Origin: Dimorphilus gyrociliatus
Taxonomy: Eukaryota; Animalia; Annelida
Reading direction: 5' to 3'
Length of the DNA stretch: 64,000 nt
Assembly (NCBI GenBank): GCA_904063045.1
Contig: CAJFCJ010000024.1
Coordinates: 620,001 to 684,000 of the forward strand
Positions 30,228-42,393 of the stretch are shown piece by piece (within the stretch, counting starts at the first letter, position 1; each line of letters opens with the position of its first letter). The notes beneath the pieces are model-generated. The model searched no databases and was not told the origin of the DNA. It saw only the letters and a program-made list of their open reading frames with translations. The translations under genes were made by a program, and so were the position numbers.

Positions 30228-32034
30228 ATGAGGTTACCAATCGCATTCGGTAGAATCGTAAGTTAAATTTTCATTTTAACGACATTAAATGACCATCTAG
30301 ACGGTTGTGTTTATTTTCAACAGTGACTTGACCGATAATATGTGATTCGAACGAAATCTTTCGTTTGAACGAAACTTTTCATTTCTAAAATTTAATATCT
30401 CTTTTTTTTATCTGTTGATATGACCATGACTAAACTTAAAATAGGTACATTTGTAGACTATATAAGTAGATGCTCACATTAATAGATAATTTATAAAGTC
30501 ATTTTCAACTAAAAGAAAAACATTTTTAGTTTATACTCTCTGAACAGATTACTCGAGCCATGTCGTCTTCAACTGGAGCAACAACAGAACGATGTATTTA
30601 TATACCTTTTCTTTTCTAAATATATAATTAATTTATTCTAAATATACATTCCATAAAATAATATTTTATGTATTACTATAGAAATATTACAAAGCAATAT
30701 AATATTATCTTTCATCCTTATGAAAATATTGTTCAAGGTTAAATAATAGAAAGAGAAAAAAGTAAAGCTATTAGGGTTAAGATAACTTATTGTTATCTAA
30801 TGTAATACTTGGATAATTAATAACATGCTCTAAATTCTTAAAATAATTTTGCAGTTTTACAAGGTAGAAGTGCTTTGATAACTGGATCAACTTCCGGTAT
30901 TGGTTTAGGTATGCTAAATTTGTTTTATTCATGTGTACTCTACTAATAAAAACTTGTTAAAATATTTAAATTTGTAGGCATAGCAAAGTCTCTTGCTGCG
31001 AGAGGATGCGATATTTTATTAAATGGGTTCGCCGATGAAACAGTAGTCAATCGTCTAAAGAATGATATATCTTCGTAAGAGAATAACATTATATAGTATG
31101 ATAAAAGGAAAATAATATTTAATTCTTTTAGAAATCATGGAGTAAATGTACACTTTTTCTCTACTGATCTTGCAAAACCTGAGGAATTAAATGAGATGTG
31201 TAACAGTATCAAGTCAATGTACCCTGTCGTTGACATCATTGTTAATAATGCAGGTTAGATATTTCTTGTTTAATTTACCTAAATGTAAGATTAACTGGTG
31301 TTAAACTTTGAAAAACGTAGGATTTCAACACGTATCTCCAATCGACGAATTTCCTGATGAGAAATGGCATGATTTACTAGAAGTTCTTCTTGGCGCTCCT
31401 TTTCGCTTAATTAAAGTTTGTAAAGTCGTTTTTTTGCCCTTTTTCTTTGTACATATAAAAAAAACCTTCAAATTAGGTGTATATTTTATGACATTTTTAG
31501 GCTTTTCTACCGGGAATGAAGACCCAAAATTACGGCCGTGTCATTAATATATCTTCAGCTCATGGCATCATAGCATCGCCAAATAAGAGCGCTTATGTTG
31601 CAGCCAAACACGGTTTGGTTGGATTAACGAAGGTTGTTGCCCTAGAAACTGCAGAAATGAATATAACTTGTAACTCAATTTGCCCTGGTTACGTTGAAAC
31701 TCCAAGTAAGACGAGATAAACTTAATAAAGTAATTATATCATATGAAATTCTATATTTTTCTCTAGTTTTTGAATTTCAAGTGAAGTCTTTGGCTGAGAA
31801 GGAAAGCCTTGAGTACACTGAAGCTAAAAAGAAATTCTTGTCTAATTTTCATCCCTCAAAAGAAGCTGTTAGAGTTACAGATGTTGGTATTAAATATTCT
31901 AATATTGAAATCGATACCTTATAAAGCAAAGTTGAATTTAGGTCGCTGAAATGACAACATTCTTGTGTACCGACGCCTGCCGAAATATGACAGGATCCCA
32001 AATAACCATGGACGGAGCCTGGACTGCTAAATAA
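30228..32034 (+). CDS. D-3-hydroxybutyrate dehydrogenase, bacterial BdhA-type SDR, with predicted mitochondrial presequence, 285 aa
   Basis: Nine exons: 30228-30257, 30548-30593, 30855-30908, 30978-31074, 31132-31253, 31321-31415, 31501-31705, 31767-31882, 31942-32034 (858 nt). N-terminus [19 protein letters not shown]; TGSTSGIG; NNAGFQHV; ISSAHG; [11 protein letters not shown]; ICPGYVETP; MDGAWTA. Confidence 0.88.
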
Positions 32035-33083
32035 TTTTAATAAGTAATTAATTCCATTTGCCATAAAATTTAATAAATTCGACTTACGTAACAATATTAT
32101 GTTTTTTTCCAAAATAAATTTAGACGAGGAAAAGGAAAAGCAATAATTTTAAACGTCATGATTTTGTTTTTTATCGTCCTATTAAAAGAAATCGCTTGAG
32201 AAGAAGATTCACAGGAGAAGTAATTAATTTTACAATTAATTTTTTTAATATACTGCAGAAAGTTTATTGTCATTTTGGTTCAGTATTTATTTTGAAAGTT
32301 GAAAAAATGGCCATAATTTTTATAATTTTGTTTGTTTTTTTATTCTTAAATGAATAAATGGATAATTTAATTAATTCAATTATTAATTGTTCAATTATTT
32401 TAGTTATATTCTGAAAGAAGAATAGATGAACAGTAAAAGAATTTAGGTAGATATAAACAATATAGAAATGATTTAAATACTTTCTTTCTCACTATATTCT
32501 GATTCGAATCGATAATTTGGAATATTTTCTTACCAATTCTATCAAAAAATAATATTCTAGATAATTTATAGAGTGGTTTCCTGTCAAAGAAGACTAAACG
32601 CTTTAAATTTCTATCCCATTTTTCCTACCGGATGCCATTTTTACCCATATTAAAGCTTATAAATTTCAATATCTTTCTACTTTTATTAAATGAACGTCTA
32701 CCTTTCATATAGATTTCATACATCTTTTACTCATATAACCGATTGAAATTCGAATAATAGTCACCGAATTTTGACGATAAATGCATGTTACATGTATACA
32801 GTACATTTATAAAAGACGAAATGAAATCTTTTCAATATAAAGCATATTTCTTTATTATAACTCACTAGTATAAAATTTCATAAATTTGGAAGTTTAAGGC
32901 AGTCAGATATGAACAAAACCTTTTGAATTTTGACTTTCAACCACAAATAATGTCTTCTTTTATCTACGATAATTGTTTCTCCATAAAATTAATACTCTTT
33001 GTTATTGTTTGCTATACACTTAACAAGCAGATGGCTTTAGTATTAAGAGGAGGATATTGTTGGAAATGAAGCAATTTAATTAA

Positions 33084-34019
33084 TCACTTTCGTCTTTGCA
33101 GTTTACTCGATAGATTTGCAGCGGATGTAATACTTTGTATAGAAATGGCTCCGGCACTTTTTGATCTAACTTCATCGTCCGGCTTATTTGATGAGTCTGC
33201 GGGTACGAATTTCGGCTGTTGGGAAACCCAATTCCAAACTCTTTTACTAACTCCATTTGGTTTATCGTCTGTTAAGCTACTATCGTCGTCGGACGCATTT
33301 AGAGTGTCTAATAAATCCAAATTATGCCTAGTAAGTGTTAATAAAAGAGGAGCTTTTACAGGTTTTTGAAGAATCGCTTTGTGGTGTGTATTGGACGACG
33401 GAATTCCGTTTTCTCTATCCGTCGAATTTCGTCGAGAGATATCTAATTCTTTGATTTCCTCTTTAACTATATGAACATCGGTATCCTTTACCGAGTCTTT
33501 CTCCAATCCCTCTTCTCTCACCTTATTTAAGTCATCTTCAAACGTTACTTTTTTCCTTTTCGTGTTTGAAGTCTTTGCTGACAATGAATTTGTTACTTTT
33601 AGGGAAGGAGTTAAAGTTTGTTCCTTGTGTTCGGGAAAGTTGTATTTTACTATTGCAAATGGTCGTGTTGTACTGAAGAATCTACCGGGAAGACCACCAA
33701 TGAATTTGGAATCCGACTCTCTCTGTAGCAATTTTGGAGATGGGCTAGAACTAACACCATTTATGAAATCCCTTTGCGACGAAATAACTTGATGAGTTAC
33801 GTGTCTTGCAACATACCTAGAATATCTTTCTCGTATAGGTGATGAAGTATTACGTAACAATGGTAGATGGCCTTTGGTAGATGTTGGGGTACTGCTTGCT
33901 AATTTATCTCTAAATCTAGCTATCGGTAACAGTCTAGTTGAATCATTTGTTGGGCTTTTAATTGAGAATCCACTAACACGAGGTTGAGGAGAAGACTCGT
34001 TTATAGCTTCCGTCGACAT
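33084..34019 (-). CDS. Uncharacterised intronless S/T/R/K-rich, probably disordered protein, 311 aa
   Basis: Long open frame in AT-rich DNA; first ATG at 34019 (MSTEAINESS). No recognised domain. Confidence 0.65.
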   Translation of the reverse strand: MSTEAINESSPQPRVSGFSIKSPTNDSTRLLPIARFRDKLASSTPTSTKGHLPLLRNTSSPIRERYSRYVARHVTHQVISSQRDFINGVSSSPSPKLLQRESDSKFIGGLPGRFFSTTRPFAIVKYNFPEHKEQTLTPSLKVTNSLSAKTSNTKRKKVTFEDDLNKVREEGLEKDSVKDTDVHIVKEEIKELDISRRNSTDRENGIPSSNTHHKAILQKPVKAPLLLTLTRHNLDLLDTLNASDDDSSLTDDKPNGVSKRVWNWVSQQPKFVPADSSNKPDDEVRSKSAGAISIQSITSAANLSSKLQRRK

Positions 34020-35695
34020 TTGCAAGCTTCTGACCTCACCTTAAAAGTTTTCAAATCTTTTCTTTTCACATTAACTTTATTGATATACTTAAATATTTTT
34101 TTAACTCTCTGTGAAAACACTAAACAATGTTCTTGTCGTGTTGACAACGCCTTGTCTTAATCCAGCTTAACCTCCATTCAATAAGTTTAATGAGCAGTCT
34201 ACTGTTCAATTCGAGTGTATTAAAATTGCATGGCCGATATGCCCATTGTTTAGTAGTTAGTAGTAGATGGCGCCTTATACAGTCGAAGTTTTGTAGTTGA
34301 TAATTAATAATTTTTTCTTTTTATCAAGATTCGATTTGTGTTTTAGATCAATAAAGAATCTACGACAATGAATGATGTAATACTAATTTTCACTTTTTAA
34401 CGAAAAACAATTGAAAACAATTTATACATTGATTTGTATTCCAACATATATTTTTGTTATAGTTAATGACTTAAGAAAAATATGAATATATGAACATATT
34501 TATAGAGAAAGAAAGAGAGTGACATTTAAAGTTATGATAATATTTAGCTTAAAGGCAAATAGCACTTGATAAAATTAATTAGCTTTTGCTAATAAAAATC
34601 TTGAGAATTTTCGTTCAATAAGTATAAAATAATTTGGATCAATATTACCTCAATAATGAAGCAATTATAACCAAAAAGGTAAAAGTTTCATATTTCTGGT
34701 CAAAATGTATAAGATTTCGTCATCTTTTATAGTTTTTTTTTTAGTATGATTTAATTACTCTATTTCAAAAACCAAATATACAATATATATTAGTATATTA
34801 GTATGTATACAGTCTACTAAACTAGTTCTTCTCCACCCTCTTCTTTCTTTCTTTTTTTCTCTCTTTCTCTCTTTCTCCCTTCCTTTATTCATTTTTCAAA
34901 CTAGAATGTATATTAAAAAGCGTATTATTTCCGCATTTCAAGTAATAACAATAATCACTTTTAATTGCCAGGATTTAGCACTTAATTAGTGTAGGCAGAT
35001 TTAATTGTCTTTTTTAGGCCATCTCCTTCACATTCGACTCTTTCTTAGAAAAGGCTATAAGTATTTATCCGATTATACTATTGCTACTACAATTACTATT
35101 TTAATATAAAAACCACTTAAATCTCCCCAGTTTTGTTCTAAATTTATCCAACAGTTATATTTTATTGCTTCGATTAAGTATTTTTGAAATATACTTTCCC
35201 GCTTCTCGATCTAAGTTATTGTCACGTGATTATTAAGTTTTATTCGAACTGTATAACCAAATTACGTGGTCCGTACTTTTAGACTGATATCATTTACCAA
35301 ATTACTCATTTTCTACGATGTAAGTAACCTGGAATTTATTATATATAATTTTAATATAATTAAGACGGTTTTATAGAAATGAATAGTTTTTCATATTTCA
35401 TTCATAAATTGGATATTAAGAAAAATAGAGCGATAATAAATTAATAAAGGTCATTTGATAATACAGATAGTATCTCAAACACGCTTACTTTTCAGAAATA
35501 GAGCAATAGCAAATAATATCCAAGTTTTAACGCTATTTTGAAATTTGACTGAGCTACATAAGCCATTTCTAGGATTTTGTCTTGTGATTAACACGAACTA
35601 TCCATATCCATAGCTTTCTATTATGTTCAGACAGCTGTACTATTGAAAAACAAGTATTAATTTTCATATTATACATTACTATACAGATACAGATC

Positions 35696-37612
35696 ATGGA
35701 TCGTTGGACTGGAAGAGTTGCATTAGTCACCGGAGCCTCGGTTGGCATTGGAGCTTCTATAGCACAAAAATTAGTTGAAGGTGGAATGAAGGTAATTGGT
35801 GTTGCGAGGAATTTTCAAGCAATTGCTGTATGTAATAAATACTTTGAAATTAAAAAAGCAATAAGAAAACTAGAATTCTTGAATTGAAGGATGCTGCAAA
35901 AAAACTTGAAGGAGCTAAAGGTCAGCTTATCCCAATGAAATGCGATGTAACAAAAGAAGAGGATATCTTGAAAGTGTTTGCCAACATTAGGAAAAATTAC
36001 GGTGGTGTTGATGTATTGATAAACAATGCTGGTTTAGCTCACGATGCTCCTCTATTAGATCCTAGTAGTAAAACTTCGGATTGGAAGAATATGCTGGATG
36101 TTTGTATTTTCTTGCTTCATCAAATCTTATGATAAAACGTTAAATTTTTTATTAGGTTAATGTATTGGGCATAGCAATTTGCTCAAGGGAAGCATATAAA
36201 TCAATGAAGGAAAGAGGCATAGACGACGGTCATATTTTTAATATTGGAAGGTAAGCTCGACTTGATCCATGCTACTAGTTCTTATCTATTTTAAAACCAT
36301 TATCTTTACTAGAATAAGTTTAGTTTTAGAACAAGTTTTTTTTAGCATAGATAGTCTGAAACTTCTGAGTAGCAATTTTTATTTATGAAACTTAGATATT
36401 TTTATAGTAGATGGAGCTATCTAATCTAATTTCAACACATTTCTTGTACCGGTTTAGTCTATAAAGTAAATTCTAATTGAGTACTACTATCCACCAATAC
36501 TTATCGAAGAATTAGTTGGTTAAGTTTGAGTTTGCTCAAGCAATAAGCAGGAGATAAAATGCCTCATTCTATGGAAATAAGACAAAAGGTTCTATTAAAA
36601 AAAGCCGAAGGATTATCGTACGCCGAAATTGCCAGGAATGTTAAGATTAGCAGATCAACTGTTCAGGGAATTGTTCAACAAGGAAGAGTAAAACCGAAAA
36701 AATCAACGGGAAGACCAACTATAATTACAAAACAAGTAGCTGAATATATTTTAAGTGAGGGTCAGAAATTACTTGAACGAGGTGAAAAAGTAACAAGTGC
36801 TAAAATTAAAGAGAACGTTTCAGAAAAAATATCTCAGTCAACAATTCAACGTTATCTAAAGAAGACAGGATATAATTTCGAAACAGTGGAGAATAATTCA
36901 TCTGATACACATTAATTTATTTTATTTTATAACCTTATACTTCCTTCTTATAAAGTAATGCGTTTCATCAAATTGTACGTTTCTTTGTGATTGAAGATAT
37001 CTTAGAGATAAAAAAACACTCTAACAATAAAATTTTATTTGCCACGTCTGCTTTTTTATTTAATTCTTACAAGCAAAACTGTGTTTTTTTCTTTTTTGTT
37101 ATTCTCTTTTGTTAAATATTGCTATACTTAAATTTTATACGGATTTCTGTAAATTTTTCTAATTATAGCATGTCCGGACATCGTGTTATACCATCCAGCA
37201 AAGGCCACTTTTATAGTGCTACAAAATTTGCTGTTAAAGCCATGACTGAAGGTACAAGACAAGAACTTCGCGAGGCAAAGAGTCATATTCGAGTTACTCA
37301 TGTTAGCCCTGGTGTTGTCGAAACTGAATTTGCTTATAGATTTACAGGACCTGATAGTCAAACTTATAAAAATTTAATGGTATATAACTTTTAATTATTT
37401 ACCATGTTCCTTTTGACTTTATTTTGATTTAAAGGCATTACAAGCAGAAGATATTAGCAGCAGTGTTATTCATGCTCTAACAGCTCCTGCTCATGTTGAG
37501 GTACGTGTTAATCTTAAAGTACTATATGTATATATGATTAAATAAAAACGATTATTACATCTATTATTAGATCAACGACATTCTCATAAGACCAACCGAA
37601 CAAAGCAGCTAA
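35696..37612 (+). CDS. DHRS11: Dehydrogenase/reductase SDR family member 11-like, 251 aa
   Basis: Exons 35696-35827, 35890-36099, 36156-36250, 37169-37379, 37435-37500, 37571-37612 (756 nt). MDRWTGRVALVTGASVGIG, INNAGLAH, ERGIDDGHI, SMSGHRV, FYSATKFAV, SPGVVETEF, IRPTEQ match DHRS11. Confidence 0.92.
36559..36915 (+). mobile_element. Truncated Tc1/mariner/IS630-type transposase: N-terminal bipartite HTH DNA-binding domain only, inside DHRS11 intron 3
   Basis: GLSYAEIARNVKISRSTVQGI (HTH), GRP linker, second HTH ISQSTIQRYLKKTGY. The frame stops before any DDE domain. I found no terminal inverted repeat pair in the intron. Confidence 0.8.
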
Positions 37613-39924
37613 GACGCATTACTGTTTGGGGAAGTAGATAGAACCTGCTGAACCCATCTGATTACAAATATTTTTGAAATTATATTGACAAATTGACTAA
37701 TTACTCCTAATTCTTTGATTGTTAAATATTTTTTTCAGAGATATATCAATAAGCATATAGAAATATGAATAAAAGCTTTATATTAACTATTGTGTACATT
37801 AATTTATAATTAACATATTCTAAAAATGGAAACATTTTAAATAAACTGAAAGTACATGTTTTATTTACAGTTATCTAACTGGAGAATTCTCCTACATTCT
37901 TTTTCTTCATACTGAAACTTTTTACATTTCCTCCTTGGCATAGATAGCTGTAGGCTATATTTAGAAAGTTCTTTCTTTTGTTTTATTTTCAGATATGGAA
38001 ACCAACAACGATCAACGCTATTTTAAATAGTTTATATAATTCTTTCAGAGTCAAAGAAGAATATATCGTTTTCCACTATTACCATTCTCCCATGGCTTTA
38101 ACGTCTACTGAAAATTATATCAAAATCAAACTTGGACACTTGATTTTCATGATTTATCAGCTTACAAAACACTTAAAGTTTTAGAAGTCAAAAACTGGAA
38201 CGCTCTATCTAGATAATTGTGGATTTTTTTGCAAAAACATTGATAAGGGAGATATAACCAGCATTACTTTTTGTTAATCTGTTTTTTTGCATATGAGTAA
38301 ATTAAGACATTTTACTATCCTTTATTGTCTATTTGTCTGAATCTAATAAAAAGATGAAACTAAAATAAATGCTTCATATAAAATACACTTTGATAAAGAG
38401 ATATCTCTATTTAATATTTCAATGGGAATTCAACATTGTCTAAAGGCTTCTTCTTGGATTTCTATTTTCAGTAAAATCCAACAGAGTTCACTACTCTTAC
38501 ACTTTGATCTTAAAAAGGAAAAAGAATGATTTAAAAAATTCTTACCTTACTTAAGAAGATCAGCATTAAACTTTAAACATATATGAAGATGATACATATG
38601 TTATCATCTTTCGAAAGTGAAAGAATAAAAGAACCCTAAATCGTTAAAGAGAATGTTGAATTTGAAAAACAATGTATTTTATTGTCAAGTTTCTTGTTCG
38701 AAATATTATATTTACCTTATATATCGTGTTAATAATGTGACAAAAAAGAAAATCACTTTCAATTGTTCTGCGAAATTGTTAGAGATATTGGATTCATAAA
38801 TATTGATAAATATGATAGGTGCATAACAGCATATAATGATATAGAGCTATTCAAAAATATTCTGTTTGAAGAGATAAAAGAACGATTGAATAATAGTTGA
38901 AAAAGCTACTTAAAAAAAAAGATAAGTTTGTAACCTTTATAGAATAGAAATAGGAGATATATAAATATTTTGTTTGAAATATATTATAAATATATAAATA
39001 GAAGATCAATTTTCTAATAATTCAATAATAGAACAGTTTCACCTTCATTCAAAACGATCAAAGTGAACTTTATAAAGAAAAGTGCGTTTTGATTTAATAA
39101 ATTTTTATTTTCCTTTTCCCTTCTTTTCAAGAATGAACGCCAAGACTCTTTTGTATTCATTTAGTTTGTTTACAAGCTCAATAATTTCTCGTTGCTTCTT
39201 GTTATGAAATTCTATTTTGTCGTTTAATTAATCATGTTGTTTTTGTTCTTTTACTCTCAGCCTTCGTCCTTTCCTATTCAATATTTGATCGTTCTTTTTT
39301 TGTTCCATATACATTAAATATTATTATTAGTGTACCATTTATTAACTTGAACATATATGGGAACTGAATTTTGGAAACCCGTTTAATTATTAAGAAACAT
39401 GAAAACTAATTATTTATATCCATTCTCCGCTCTCTACTTAAGTAAAAATATATTCAATTGTTTATTTTCTATAGTAAAATACTTGAATATTCAATTAATT
39501 ATACTTAATAGAGAGGATTTGTTGAAGAATTATATTTAATCATTTATTATCTGTTAATTAATTTATATCAAATAAATATATTAATATATTTTCAAATTAT
39601 TATTATTTTTAATTTATCTAATTAAATCATACATGAGAAAATATAGAATATGGTTTTTAAGGCCTCAAAAACGTTTGATTCATCAATATGTCTAAAAAGC
39701 GATCTTTACAAATGTCAGCCTATACAAATAGAACCTTATACAACCTGGCCATTCGTATTATTGAACGCTATCTGTATTATTAATGGGTAGATAATCCTCT
39801 TTGTTAGGCATTCACAATGGCTTTCATTTCGCTGACTGTGTTTGCAGTTTGTGCTTGACAACTGTAATATGATAAGAACGCTTATTAAAGATTATTTACG
39901 TAAAGTTGATCAAAGTAATCAACT

Positions 39925-41322
39925 ATGTTAAAGACAATCTTAAAGTCAAATGAACATTTGAATCGGAGTACTCCAACGATATTCGAAGATCCGGAGGAAG
40001 AAAAATTGCAATCGATCAATCTATCAAGACAATCTCAAAGGAGTGTAATATCTATTAATGTACCTCAACAGTATGAGAATTCCAAAAAAAATTCAAGTGA
40101 AGATTTATCCGACGAGAGACTGCTATCAAGACAATCTAGAAGAAGTACATCATCCAGTCGAACATTAAATACACCACCCTTGAAAAAATTAGATAAACAT
40201 AGAAATAATAACAATAAAAATAAGAAAAAGATGAAACGAAAAGACAATTTTGGTTTATCACCAGCCGAGGAGGAAGCGCTTCGCACCAAAGAATTTTGGG
40301 AGCATTGGGGTGCTGAAATGACAATAAAAATTCTTAGAAAGAGGCAAATTGAATTGGATAAAGAGGAAGAAAATTATCCTCAAATCTCTGGTAGAATTTA
40401 TCCAGAACCTCGAATTCCCAGAAGAGATTCAACCGAGTCGTTAGTAACCAATTTATCTCTATTCTCTACTTCAGACGCTACTACTGTGGAAGCAGATACA
40501 CCAGATGTCAAATTGAAGACAACAATGAAGAGAAGAAGGAAACCAAAGACTATTAAGCCAACAATAGTCAAGGAAGCAAAAGTAGATTGGGAAAAATTAG
40601 CTAGAGAAAAGAATAATAGCATTTTAAATAAATTAATGGGAGGTAAGAAAGAGGATCATCTTTCAAATGAAGAATGGGAACTTCTTATAAGCTGTTCTAA
40701 GAGAAAAGGTTTAATCGGTAGAGAAAAGAGTAAGTCTACAGCAAATGTTTTATCGACCATAGAGGATAGCGACGAAATGGTCGAATGGCAGATGGAGAGT
40801 TTTAAAGACTATAGCGATGAATTTAAGTTACCAGAGACTAGACCTTTATCCGTAGAGTTAGGAAGTGTAAACTCCAGCATCCAGCGTGATCTGGACGCTC
40901 AGCGTGCCCATCTATCGACAGCTCCCGCAAGAACCTCTAATTTCTCTTTTGAAGATCCCGAACATCGTAAAAAAATTAGGCAAAGACTATCGAAAACTAT
41001 TAACTCCTTATCAAAAATTACTGGACTCGGAGATAATAAAAATGTTTGTAGACAAAATCCAGAGGAAATTGGTAGATATACTGCAGAAGACTACTCCAAA
41101 ATATGTCGCTACCCCCAAAGATTAAAAGTCGCTCCTCAACTTGCCCAAGTAGTTAAATATGATATTATAAAGAGAATGGGTACACCCAAACTCCATAGAC
41201 TCTCAATCAGTGATATTAAGAACCTAAACGACGCAAACCCAGTTTTAGGTAGAATTCATAGAAATTTATTGGTATTCAATTGGTTGAATGATATTGACGG
41301 AAATTACGATATTTGCCAATAA
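39925..41322 (+). CDS. Uncharacterised intronless charged protein, 465 aa
   Basis: Long ORF. Mostly low-complexity and charged, with an ordered-looking C-terminal segment (PKLHRLSISDI..IHRNLLVFNWLNDID). No family recognised. Confidence 0.75.
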   Translation: MLKTILKSNEHLNRSTPTIFEDPEEEKLQSINLSRQSQRSVISINVPQQYENSKKNSSEDLSDERLLSRQSRRSTSSSRTLNTPPLKKLDKHRNNNNKNKKKMKRKDNFGLSPAEEEALRTKEFWEHWGAEMTIKILRKRQIELDKEEENYPQISGRIYPEPRIPRRDSTESLVTNLSLFSTSDATTVEADTPDVKLKTTMKRRRKPKTIKPTIVKEAKVDWEKLAREKNNSILNKLMGGKKEDHLSNEEWELLISCSKRKGLIGREKSKSTANVLSTIEDSDEMVEWQMESFKDYSDEFKLPETRPLSVELGSVNSSIQRDLDAQRAHLSTAPARTSNFSFEDPEHRKKIRQRLSKTINSLSKITGLGDNKNVCRQNPEEIGRYTAEDYSKICRYPQRLKVAPQLAQVVKYDIIKRMGTPKLHRLSISDIKNLNDANPVLGRIHRNLLVFNWLNDIDGNYDICQ

Positions 41323-42393
41323 ATTGCTATTTTTAAGCACCAATTTTCGTAATTTTGACTATTTTTAAACATACACAAAATATATTTGAACTAATCGATC
41401 CATCGATTTGTTTATTCACATACTCCAAACTGAATTAAACGGAATAAACTCTGTTTACACATATTTACTTAATAATTCAGCTTTTAAAGCACGAATTATT
41501 CAATTTATTCATTACTTTTTCTATTGTATACGACAATTAAAATTTCTTCTTTTAATAATCCAATAAAAGCGAAATGAAACTTAAGAAAGACCTATAAAAA
41601 CTAACTAAAATATTGGAAAGCTTTATATTTTATCTAGTATTCTTTAAATCACTGATTTTCTATCTTTTTAATTTATCTTTCTAAATATTCTCTACTCAGC
41701 GTCAAACTGAAGCTAATTAACTTGTGTATTTACTGTATAAATATTTTTAAAAGCGTCAATAGTTTCATGAAAAGGCACAATTTCCTTGTTAAGTTAATTA
41801 GTCGATGAGTTAATTGAAGCTACTTTGAGAAAAGTAGCAACTATTCGAAAATATTTGCAAATTGAGTAGAATATGGGAAATTTAAGTACTAACAAATTGT
41901 TTATAATGTCCAAAGATAGTTAGAAGAGACCGCTTTTCGAGAAATCAATAAGACATTAATCGATTCCTTCCTGATGCTTCTTACCATGGCAACGTCTAGG
42001 CACCACGTGACAAATGTAACATTTATACAGGAAACTGCTGCAGTCATCTTCTATAGCATTGATATGCTTTTAAGATCATTTTTCAGTGAAATTTCGTAAA
42101 TTTTTGTCCTTAAAAGGAATAAATTGAGAATGGATGAAACCAAGATAAACGAATCGGCAAGTATTCAACTTCCAATAAACGACAGGTGTCGCTTATCATA
42201 AATTTTCAGTAGAGCTTACCTCGTTCTATATCTACACCTGTAATAAAATCAGAGAAAGAAATGGTTAATGAATTAACAAATAAACATATGAAAAGAAGGC
42301 AAATGCTGGCCGGTAAATATCTTAACTATTTGAAATATTTCTCCCATTAATCAAGAGTATTGTATTACTTTATTTCCTAATTTTTTAGATAGA

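Noticed and set aside
36251-37168. Terminal inverted repeats or TA target duplication for the transposase remnant
   Set aside because: No convincing inverted pair found by eye on either side of the ORF.
37985-38930. Protein-like stretches with stops and frameshifts on both strands downstream of DHRS11
   Set aside because: No recognisable motif, and both strands look equally plausible, so a pseudogene call is unsupported.
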